DNA of 49,585 nt from Betaproteobacteria bacterium (lineage in GTDB: Bacteria; Pseudomonadota; Gammaproteobacteria; Burkholderiales; SG8-39), in NCBI GenBank assembly GCA_012274205.1, contig JAAOZY010000044.1, positions 1-49,585 on the forward strand, given 5' to 3'. The notes under the pieces were generated by a model. The model was given only the letters and a program-made list of their open reading frames with translations, was not told the DNA's origin and made no database searches. This document shows positions 28,487 through 36,400 of this stretch, piece by piece; the first letter of the stretch is position 1; every line of letters starts with the position of its first letter. A program made the translations under genes and the position numbers.

Positions 28487-29440
28487 ATGAACGCCGAGTC
28501 CAGTGCGAGCCCCTGCGCCGCAATCCTCGCCGGTGACCGGCGCGCGCTGGCGCGCGCGATGTCGGCGGTGGAGAATGAGACCGATGCGGGCAAGGCGCTG
28601 CTGCGCGAGCTGCAGCCGCAGCTTGGGCGCGCGCGCGTGCTCGGCATCACCGGCCCGCCCGGCGCCGGCAAGTCGACGCTGGTCAATGCGCTGATCGGCG
28701 CCTGGCTCGCGCGCGGCGCCAGCGTGGGCGTGGTCGCGGTCGATCCGTCCAGTCCTTTTTCCGGCGGCGCCATTCTCGGCGACCGCATTCGCATGGGCGA
28801 GCACCAGGCGCATGAGCGCGTGTTCATCCGCTCGCTCGCCTCGCGCGGGCACGGCGGCGGCCTGTCGCGCACCGCCGCGCGGATAGTGGACCTGCTCGAT
28901 GCCGCCGGCTACCAGCAGATCATCGTCGAGACCGTGGGCGCGGGCCAGTCCGAGGTCGAAGTGGCCGAGGTCGCGGACACGCGCATCGTGGTGTGCCCGC
29001 CCGGCCTCGGCGACGAAGTGCAGGCACTCAAGGCCGGCATACTCGAGATCGCCGACATCCTGGTGGTGAACAAGGCCGACCTGCCGCAGGCCGAGCGCAC
29101 CGAGCGCGAATTGCTCGCCATGCTGTCGCTGCATCGCTACGCGGACTGGACGCCGCAGGTGCTGCGCACCGTCGCCACCAGCGGCGCGGGCGTGTCCGAA
29201 CTGGCCGATGTCATCGAGCGCCACGCGGCGGCCTGCGCCGGCGCGCGCCGTTCGCATGGCGGGCGCGTGCGCCGCCTGATCGCCGCCAGCGCCGCCGACT
29301 GGGTGAAGCGGCGCATCGAGAACCTGGCCAGCGCCGAATTCGATCAGCTGTGCATGCTGGTGCGCAGCGGCGAGCTCGATTACGCCAGCGCCGACCGGCG
29401 TGCGCTGCAGCTTGCGCTGCATCCCGAGAACAAGGCTTGA
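28487..29440 (+). CDS. meaB: MeaB/ArgK-type G-protein chaperone for B12 mutases
   Basis: P-loop GITGPPGAGKSTL, VAVDPSSPFSGGAILGDRIRM, ETVGAGQSE, and NKAD (NKxD). Confidence 0.9.
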   Translation: MNAESSASPCAAILAGDRRALARAMSAVENETDAGKALLRELQPQLGRARVLGITGPPGAGKSTLVNALIGAWLARGASVGVVAVDPSSPFSGGAILGDRIRMGEHQAHERVFIRSLASRGHGGGLSRTAARIVDLLDAAGYQQIIVETVGAGQSEVEVAEVADTRIVVCPPGLGDEVQALKAGILEIADILVVNKADLPQAERTERELLAMLSLHRYADWTPQVLRTVATSGAGVSELADVIERHAAACAGARRSHGGRVRRLIAASAADWVKRRIENLASAEFDQLCMLVRSGELDYASADRRALQLALHPENKA

Positions 29441-30351
29441 AACCGCCGCAGCGCCGCGGTTTTCCCGCGGGCATCCTGTGGGTGCTGGCCGCGCTCACGC
29501 TGGGCTGGGGCTTCAACTGGCCGATGATCAAGCTCGCGCTGAGCGAGCTGCCGGTGCTGAGTTTCCGCAGCGTGTGCCTGCTCGGCGGCGCCGCCGGCCT
29601 GTTCGCCATCGCCGCCTGGAAGCGCCTGCCGCTGCGCGTGCCGCGCGGGCAGTGGCGCCGGCTGCTGCCGATCACGCTGTTCAACATCACCGTGTGGAAC
29701 CTGTGCGTCACCTACGGCATCCGCCACATGCCCTCGGGCCGCGCCGCCATCCTCGCCTACACCATGCCGCTGTGGAGCGTGCCCCTGTCGGCGTGGCTGC
29801 TGGGCGAGCGCATCAGCGCGCGCCGCATCGTCGGCGTCGGCCTCGGCATGCTCGCCATGCTGCTGCTGCTTTCGAGCGAACTGCGCGCGGTGCAGGCGGC
29901 GCCCGTAGGCACCCTGCTGATACTGGGCGGCGCACTCAGCTGGGCGCTGGGCACGGTGCTGATGAAACGCTACCCGGTCGACCTGCCGGTCACCGCGCTC
30001 ACCGCCTGGCAGCTGCTGCTCGGCGGCATTCCGCTCTATGCCGGCGCGCTGGCGTTCGACCTGGACCGTCTGCATCCGCTGACGCTGTGGCCGGCGGTCG
30101 CATTCGCCTACAACGTCATCGTCGCGTTCGTCTTCTGCTACTGGGCCTGGTTCAAAATCGTTGCGTCGGTGCCGGTGGGCGTGTCTTCGCTTGCGGTCCT
30201 GATGATCCCGGTGGTGGGCGTGTTCAGCGGCATGCTGGTGCTGTCCGAAACGCCGCACTGGCAGGACTATGTGGCGCTGGCGCTGGTGCTGGCGGCGCTG
30301 GCCACGGTGATGCTGCCGCCGGGTTCGGTGCGCGCGCTCATCAAAAGATAG
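29437..30351 (+). CDS. EamA/DMT-family transporter, translationally coupled to meaB
   Basis: There is no in-frame ATG before TM1 (ILWVLAALTLGWGFNW). TTG at 29437 overlaps the meaB TGA (cTTGA). GTG 29482 would remove part of the first hydrophobic segment (ILWVLAALTLGWGFNW), so it is unlikely. Confidence 0.8.
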   Translation: MKPPQRRGFPAGILWVLAALTLGWGFNWPMIKLALSELPVLSFRSVCLLGGAAGLFAIAAWKRLPLRVPRGQWRRLLPITLFNITVWNLCVTYGIRHMPSGRAAILAYTMPLWSVPLSAWLLGERISARRIVGVGLGMLAMLLLLSSELRAVQAAPVGTLLILGGALSWALGTVLMKRYPVDLPVTALTAWQLLLGGIPLYAGALAFDLDRLHPLTLWPAVAFAYNVIVAFVFCYWAWFKIVASVPVGVSSLAVLMIPVVGVFSGMLVLSETPHWQDYVALALVLAALATVMLPPGSVRALIKR

Positions 30352-30489
30352 CCGGCGGCGATTGCGCTGCTAGCAAGTGTTTTCGTCCAGTACGGCGACC
30401 ACATCGTTTTGCGCTGCATCAGCGTGCGAGTCCGAGCCCGAGTCAGTCGAGCGACGGACGCTACGCCGGGTCTGAGCGCCCCCTCACAT

Positions 30490-30680
30490 CGCTCCAATCG
30501 CCTGCTTGCTTGAGGCCAGAGTATTTGAGCAAGATCAACAGTCTTGTAGAAGCCTTCTGGTAGAAACGTATGGCCGGTGCGTTCGCGAAGGCATGCGATG
30601 CGAATCCCTTGGCAGGCGGATCCCGTGTTGCCCGCCGGATTGATCTTCCCATCGCGCTGGAGGCTTTCCAGGCGAGGATC
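30490..30680 (-). pseudogene. Possible remnant of a GNAT acetyltransferase gene
   Basis: The minus-strand frame reads ...AKGFASHAFANAPAIRFYQKAS..., resembling the GNAT motif-B end (N-x-x-A-I-x-F-Y-x-K-x-G-F). There is no start codon and no intact N-terminal half. Confidence 0.25.
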
Positions 30681-30704
30681 TCGATACGCAAAAGGAGCAG
30701 GAAA

Positions 30705-32171
30705 ATGGCGCTAATGACCCCCGAACAATTCGAACAGAGCCTGAAGGCGCGCAAGCCCCGCGTATTCATGAACGGAAAGCTGGTGGAGAACATCCTTGAA
30801 AACAGAAACACGCGGACGGTGGTCGAGGCGAACAAGGCCAGTTATGAATGGGCCCTGGACCCGCGCTACAAGGACATCATGAGCTGCCATTCCCCGCTCA
30901 TCGACGACGTGGTCAACCGCTATACGCATGTCAGCGCCAGCACCGACGATCTGATGAAAAAGGCGGAGGCCGGGACCTTTACCGCCGAAACGCTCGGTAC
31001 CTGTATTTACCGCTGCGTGGGCTACGATACCTTTCATGCGCTCGCCGGCACGACCTGGGAAATGGACAAGGACCTGGGCACCGCGTATCACCCCAGGTTC
31101 CTTGAGTATCTCAAGATGGTGCAACGCGAGGATCTCTCCGTGGCCGGCGCGCTCACCGAGCCGCGCGGCAAACGCAGCCAGAAAACCCTGGACTGGCCGG
31201 ACCCGTTCCTGTCCTTGAAAGTCGTGGACAAAAACGACGACGGCATCTTCGTGCGCGGGGCCAAGATCAACATCAGCGGCGCCTATGCCAGCCATGAATT
31301 GGTGGTCCTGCCACAGTCTTCGCATGTGCAGGGCGAAGAAGACTACGCGGTTGCCTTCGCCACCCCGACGGATGCGCCGGGGATTACCTATGTCTGCCAG
31401 TATTCCGCCTATTCCGCGGAAAGAGATGGGGCCGATGATCTGGAGGAATTGGGCAATCCGCGCTTCGGCCAGAGAGAAACCTCCCTGGTCATCTTCGACA
31501 AGGTGTTCGTTCCCTGGAACCGCGTGTTCCACTGCGGCGAAGTCAAATACTCGGCGAAATTCGTGACCCGGTTCGCCAAGACGCACAGGATGACCTGCGG
31601 CGGTACCTGCAAGGTAGGCTTCATGAATCAGATCATCGGCGCATGCAGCCTGATCCAGGAGTACAAAGGCCTGGAAAAAGTTAGCCACATCAATGACCAG
31701 CTGACTGAAATGGTTGTTTTGAGAGAGACCGGCCGGGCCTGCGGCATGGCAGCCGCCATCAAGGGCAAAGAGGATCCGCCGGGTTCAGGCGTCTATTTGC
31801 CTGACGAGGTGATGGGCAATGTGGCGAAGCTGAACATCTGCAATTCGTTCTGGCGGGTCATGGCTCTGGCGGGCGACATCGGCGGCGGTCTGGTCGTGAC
31901 CATGCCCTCCCTGAAGGAACTGAAGAATCCCGAGGTCAAGGACTATGTAAACGAGTTCTACAGCTTCGGCTCGGATGAGCCCACGGAAAACATCATGAAA
32001 GTGCACAAGCTCCTGCAGAACTGGACCGCGGGCCAGCATGGTGTAGGCACCTGGCACGGCGCCGGACCGGTCATGGCCCAGAAGATCGCGCTGCAGCGCG
32101 TCGTGAAATTCGATCGCGAGAAAGACATCGTCAAGCACACCCTCAAGCTGAAGGAAAAAGTCCACAGCTGA
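30705..32171 (+). CDS. 4-hydroxybutyryl-CoA dehydratase (AbfD)-like enzyme, HpaB superfamily
   Basis: ATG at 30705 after AAAGGAG. 488 aa. CxxxC at C100/C104 (GTCIYRCVG) and HRMTCGGTCKVG (H294, C298, C302) parallel the recalled AbfD [4Fe-4S] ligands Cys99, Cys103, His292, Cys299. Confidence 0.8.
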   Translation: MALMTPEQFEQSLKARKPRVFMNGKLVENILENRNTRTVVEANKASYEWALDPRYKDIMSCHSPLIDDVVNRYTHVSASTDDLMKKAEAGTFTAETLGTCIYRCVGYDTFHALAGTTWEMDKDLGTAYHPRFLEYLKMVQREDLSVAGALTEPRGKRSQKTLDWPDPFLSLKVVDKNDDGIFVRGAKINISGAYASHELVVLPQSSHVQGEEDYAVAFATPTDAPGITYVCQYSAYSAERDGADDLEELGNPRFGQRETSLVIFDKVFVPWNRVFHCGEVKYSAKFVTRFAKTHRMTCGGTCKVGFMNQIIGACSLIQEYKGLEKVSHINDQLTEMVVLRETGRACGMAAAIKGKEDPPGSGVYLPDEVMGNVAKLNICNSFWRVMALAGDIGGGLVVTMPSLKELKNPEVKDYVNEFYSFGSDEPTENIMKVHKLLQNWTAGQHGVGTWHGAGPVMAQKIALQRVVKFDREKDIVKHTLKLKEKVHS

Positions 32172-32218
32172 GCCTGGGACCCGGCTTGGAATAGCCGGGC
32201 CAGGGGTAGAGACCAAGT

Positions 32219-33181
32219 TTAGAGCGCGGGCAGACCAGGTCGGCGCGCGATGCGCTCCGTTTTCCAATTTGCGAGTGCCCATTTCCAGAATTCGGCGACC
32301 GTCGCCCGGCGCAATTGCTGCGGCGGCGCCTGCCCTAGGAATTCCATGACTTGCACCAGCGCCGGCAGCGGATCGCGCGCGTCCACCGGCGGCGCCAGCG
32401 TCTGTTTCGACAGCTTTTCGCCGTCGGCGTTGACCGCCGCGGGCAGGTGCAGGTAGCGCGGCGTCGGCAGGCCGAGCAGGTGCTGCAGATAGATCTGCCG
32501 CGGCGTCGAATTGAGCAGGTCGGCGCCGCGCACGACATCGCTGATGCCCTGTTCCGCATCGTCGACCACCACCGCGAGCTGGTAGGCATACAGGCCGTCG
32601 GCGCGCAGCAGCACGAAGTCGCCGACTTCCGCGGCGAGGTCCTGGCCCTGCTTTCCCTGCAGTGCGTCCTGGAAGCTGACTGGCGTGTCGTCGACGCGCA
32701 GGCGCCAGGCGCGCGGCGTTTTTCCCGGCGCGATGCCATTGCGGCAAGTGCCGGGGTAGACGCGCGCAGCGTCACCAGGACCCTCACCCCCGCCCCCTCT
32801 CCCGCTGGCGTGGGCGAAGGGAGTGTCGTGCGCGCTGCGCGCGAAGTTGAGGTGGGAATCGGCGATCTCGCGCCGCGTGCAGGCACAGGGATACACCAGG
32901 CCCTGCGCCTGCAGGCGCGCCAGCGCCGCTGCATAGGCTGCGCCGCGCCGGCTCTGGTACATGACGGCGCCGTCCCAGTGCAGGCCGCAGGCTTCGAGCG
33001 TGCGCAGGATCGCGTCGGCCGCGCCGGCTTGCTCGCGCGGCGGGTCCAGATCTTCCATGCGCAGCAGCCATTCGCCGCCGCGGCTCTTCGCCGCGAGGTA
33101 GCTGCCCGCGGCGGCGACCAGCGAACCGAAGTGCAGGGGCCCGGTGGGCGAGGGGGCGAAGCGGCCGCGGTAGGGACTCAT
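32219..33181 (-). CDS. gluQ: tRNA glutamyl-Q(34) synthetase (GluQRS)
   Basis: MSPYRGRFAPSPTGPLHFGS (HIGH-type), LRMEDLD, YPCAC...YPGTC zinc knuckle, DFVLLRADGLYAYQLAVVVDD, and KLSKQ. The anticodon-binding domain is absent, as expected. Confidence 0.9.
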   Translation of the reverse strand: MSPYRGRFAPSPTGPLHFGSLVAAAGSYLAAKSRGGEWLLRMEDLDPPREQAGAADAILRTLEACGLHWDGAVMYQSRRGAAYAAALARLQAQGLVYPCACTRREIADSHLNFARSAHDTPFAHASGRGGGGEGPGDAARVYPGTCRNGIAPGKTPRAWRLRVDDTPVSFQDALQGKQGQDLAAEVGDFVLLRADGLYAYQLAVVVDDAEQGISDVVRGADLLNSTPRQIYLQHLLGLPTPRYLHLPAAVNADGEKLSKQTLAPPVDARDPLPALVQVMEFLGQAPPQQLRRATVAEFWKWALANWKTERIARRPGLPAL

Positions 33182-33390
33182 GCTTCGATTCTAATGGTCC
33201 GGCGCAAGATTCGGGTGGCGCCGCGCTGCGCGCGGCCGATAGAATGATTGCGTCATCAGTGAGAACCCGTTGCAAAATTCACCTGCACGATTTTCTCGGG
33301 AACGCTTTGCCAGCCTCTACCGGCTTCACTATGATGCCCGCATGAGCTGGCTCCGCTGCTTACCGGCGCGGCGCCGGCGTTCGGAGCGCA

Positions 33391-34215
33391 ATGAAAGCCG
33401 AATTCAAATCCAAGCTGCTCGACTGGCTCAAGCTCGCTGCCTGCGTCGCGCTGGGTTTTCCGCTGTTGATCTATTTCCTGCAGGAGCGGCTGCTTTTTTT
33501 TCCGCAGCCGCTGGTCGAAGATCCCCTGAAAGCCAATACTGGCGCGGCGATCGATGGGGTGAGCTTGGTCACGGCGGACCAGCTGCGCCTGCGCGGCTGG
33601 CTCGCGCACGCGACGAATACGCGGGCGCCGGCGCCGATACTGATTTATTTCGGCGGCAATGCGGAAGAGGTGTCCTGGCTCGCCGCCAGCGCCGGCCGCT
33701 ACGCCGGCTGGTCGCTGCTGCTCATCAACTACCGCGGCTACGGCGGCAGCGAAGGCAAGCCGGGCGAGGCTGCCTTGTTCGCCGACGCGCTGCAGATTTA
33801 TGACTATGCGGCGGGCCGCGCCCAGGGCGGGCGCGTAGCCGTGATGGGGCGCAGCCTGGGCAGCGGCGTCGCCGTCTACCTTGCCTCGCAGCGTCCGGTG
33901 GCGGGGGTGATCCTGGTGTCGCCTTACGACAGCATCGAGAGCGTGGCCAAAGGCATCTATCCGTATTTGCCTATAAGCCTGATGCTCAAGCACCGCTTCG
34001 ATTCGATTGCGCGCGCGCCGGGTATCAAGCTGCCGCTGCTGTGCCTGGTCGCGAGCGCCGACCGCGTGATTCCGCGGCCGCATTCCGAGCGGCTCTACGC
34101 TGCATGGGGCGGGCCGAAACAATGGCGCGAGATCGCGCCGGCGGAGCATGACAGCATCGCCGAGGCGGCGGATTACTGGCGTGCGATCGCGGCGTTTATG
34201 GCTGGGCTGGCCTGA
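33391..34215 (+). CDS. Alpha/beta-hydrolase (BEM46/YcfP-like), N-terminal membrane anchor
   Basis: Nucleophile elbow GRSLGSG. IYFGGNAEE (oxyanion region). The C-terminal Asp/His region reads ADRVIP...EHDS. Confidence 0.85.
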   Translation: MKAEFKSKLLDWLKLAACVALGFPLLIYFLQERLLFFPQPLVEDPLKANTGAAIDGVSLVTADQLRLRGWLAHATNTRAPAPILIYFGGNAEEVSWLAASAGRYAGWSLLLINYRGYGGSEGKPGEAALFADALQIYDYAAGRAQGGRVAVMGRSLGSGVAVYLASQRPVAGVILVSPYDSIESVAKGIYPYLPISLMLKHRFDSIARAPGIKLPLLCLVASADRVIPRPHSERLYAAWGGPKQWREIAPAEHDSIAEAADYWRAIAAFMAGLA

Positions 34216-34276
34216 GCGGCGTTCAGCTTTTGTCCTGCTACAATTGCGCCTGCAGCAAACCTATCCGGAGACGCGC

Positions 34277-34645
34277 ATGGCAACCGTGGAACTCACCAAG
34301 GACAATTTCGAGCAGGTCGTGACCGGCAATGACGTGGTCATCGTCGATTTCTGGGCGCCCTGGTGCGCGCCCTGCCGCGCGTTCGCGCCGACCTTCGAGC
34401 AGGCGTCCGAGCAGCACGCCGACGTGGTGTTCGCCAAGGTCAACACCGAGGAGGAACAGGAGGTCGCGGGCGCGTTCAACATCCGCTCGATCCCGACGCT
34501 GATGGTGTTTCGCGAGAAAGTCATCCTGTATTCCGAGGCCGGATCGCTGCCGGCGCCGGCGCTGGAGCAGGTGATTGCCCAGGCCAAGGGCGTCGACATG
34601 GCCGCCGTGCACCGCGAAATCGCGGAGCGCGGCAACGACAGCTGA
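34277..34645 (+). CDS. Thioredoxin-family protein with WCAPC active site
   Basis: ATG at 34277. VIVDFWAPWCAPCRAFAP and IRSIPTLMVF (cis-Pro) are present. It has a short C-terminal extension relative to canonical TrxA. Confidence 0.9.
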   Translation: MATVELTKDNFEQVVTGNDVVIVDFWAPWCAPCRAFAPTFEQASEQHADVVFAKVNTEEEQEVAGAFNIRSIPTLMVFREKVILYSEAGSLPAPALEQVIAQAKGVDMAAVHREIAERGNDS

Positions 34646-34685
34646 TACATCGCGCTTCCACCCGATTCCGCACAGGGGGCCCCGC

Positions 34686-35672
34686 ATGGCTGCTCCGAGC
34701 ACTGAATGGCGCGAGACGGCAGCCCCTGACGAAGCCGCGCGCTTTGCCGGCTATGCCGGGCAGTTCGTGGACATGCAAAAGCGCAAATCGGCGAAGTACG
34801 GCAAGGGCCGCGCGCTGCACCGCAAGCAACTGCTTGCGCTGCGCGCTACTTTCAATGTCCTGCCCGATCTGCCCGCGTACGCGCGCCATGGCCTGTTCGC
34901 TCGCCCGGGCGCCTACGAGGCCTGGGTACGCCTGTCCAACGGCGGCACCGATCGCGCGCGCGATGCTACGCCCGATATCCGCGGCTTCGCGATCAAGGTT
35001 CGCGGCGTGCGCGGGCCGGGCGCGCTCGGCAAACCCACCGAAGCCCAGGATTTTGTGCTGATCAACCAGGAAAAATTCGCCTTCCCCAAGAGCGAGGAGT
35101 TTGTCGGCCTGGTGATGGCGGCATCCAATGGCAAGAGCGCGCTGTTCAAATATCTGCTGCGGCGCTACGGGCTGCTCGGCGCGCTGAAATTCATGGCCAG
35201 GTTCGCCGCGACCCTGGGACGGAAATTCAGCGGTTTCGCCTCCGAGCGCATGCATTCCGCGGCGCCCATAGCGTGCGGCCCGTATGCGGCGCGCGTGCGC
35301 CTGCTGCCCGCGCGCGACCAGCCCCTTGCCGATGCCTCGAACGATTGGGCGGCCGATTTCGGCAGGCAGCTTGCAAGCGGGCCGCTGGTGCACGAACTGC
35401 AGCTGCAGTTCTTCGTCGATGAGCAGCGCACGCCGATCGAGGACGCCTCGGTCGACTGGCGCGAGGACGTGTCACCCTATGTCACGGTCGCGCGCCTGAG
35501 CATTGCGCAGCAGCCGCTGGACGACGCGGCCGCGGCCGCGCTGACGAAAGAAGTCGAGCAGGCGGTGTTCGACCCCTGGGATGCGCTCGCCGAGCACCGC
35601 CCGCTCGGGGACGTGATGCGCGCGCGCAAGGCCGTGTACTTCGCCAGCCAGCAAACGCGCGGGGCGGCTTGA
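34686..35672 (+). CDS. Small catalase-related haem protein (catalase-core-only family)
   Basis: ATG at 34686. Motifs: GRALHRKQ (distal His context), VRLSNGG, DIRGFAIKV, and RARKAVYFASQQTR (proximal Tyr context). ~328 aa, much shorter than true catalases. Confidence 0.75.
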   Translation: MAAPSTEWRETAAPDEAARFAGYAGQFVDMQKRKSAKYGKGRALHRKQLLALRATFNVLPDLPAYARHGLFARPGAYEAWVRLSNGGTDRARDATPDIRGFAIKVRGVRGPGALGKPTEAQDFVLINQEKFAFPKSEEFVGLVMAASNGKSALFKYLLRRYGLLGALKFMARFAATLGRKFSGFASERMHSAAPIACGPYAARVRLLPARDQPLADASNDWAADFGRQLASGPLVHELQLQFFVDEQRTPIEDASVDWREDVSPYVTVARLSIAQQPLDDAAAAALTKEVEQAVFDPWDALAEHRPLGDVMRARKAVYFASQQTRGAA

Positions 35673-36175
35673 CGCGCAAGCCCGGCCTGTTCGGAACGCT
35701 GCTGCGCGTCGCGGCCGCGATCACCGCCTTGATCGCGCTTATCATCGTCATCGGAGCGCCCATGGGACTATTCAGCGGAACCCGGCCGGACAATCTGGGC
35801 GTGCATGAGGGACGCCTCGCGCCACCCAAGCCCACGCCCAACAACGTCAACAGCCAGACCGACAGGATCGCGGATGCGCGGCATTACATCGAGCCGCTGC
35901 GCTATTCCGGCGATGCGCAGCGGGCCTGGGCGGCATTGCGCCGCGTGGTGGACGGCATGCCGCGGGTGCGGGTGGTGAAGTCGGAGCCGGACTATCTGTA
36001 CGCCGAATTCACCAGCAAGCTGATGGGCTTTGTCGACGACACCGAGTTCTACCTCGACCGGAACAAGGGCGTGATTCAGGTGCGTTCGGCGTCGCGGCTC
36101 GGACGTGGCGATCACAATGTAAACCGCGACCGGATCGAAACCATCCGCGCGCAGCTGGCGCAAGCCACAAAGTAG
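35669..36175 (+). CDS. DUF1499-family membrane-anchored protein
   Basis: A TTG start at 35669 overlaps the upstream TGA (cTTGA). N-terminal TM helix. YLYAEFTSKLMGFVDDTEFYLD...IQVRSASRLGRGDHNVNRDRIE is typical of DUF1499. Confidence 0.75.
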   Translation: MTRKPGLFGTLLRVAAAITALIALIIVIGAPMGLFSGTRPDNLGVHEGRLAPPKPTPNNVNSQTDRIADARHYIEPLRYSGDAQRAWAALRRVVDGMPRVRVVKSEPDYLYAEFTSKLMGFVDDTEFYLDRNKGVIQVRSASRLGRGDHNVNRDRIETIRAQLAQATK

Positions 36176-36400
36176 ATTTGCCCCGCTGGCCGGGCGCCGG
36201 CGCGGGAAGTCCGCTCCCCCGATAGCCGCTGCGCCGTACTCCGGCTTTGTCTGAACCCGTCGGAGCGAGGCGGCCATGTGCGTTGCCGCACATATCTTGT
36301 CGCCGCGGAACTGTAGGCTGGTAGCCCAGTCTCATTTGTATTCGACTCCATTTCGTCCGGCGCAGCTTACTGCCCTATCTGCCTGAAAAGGAGAATCACA

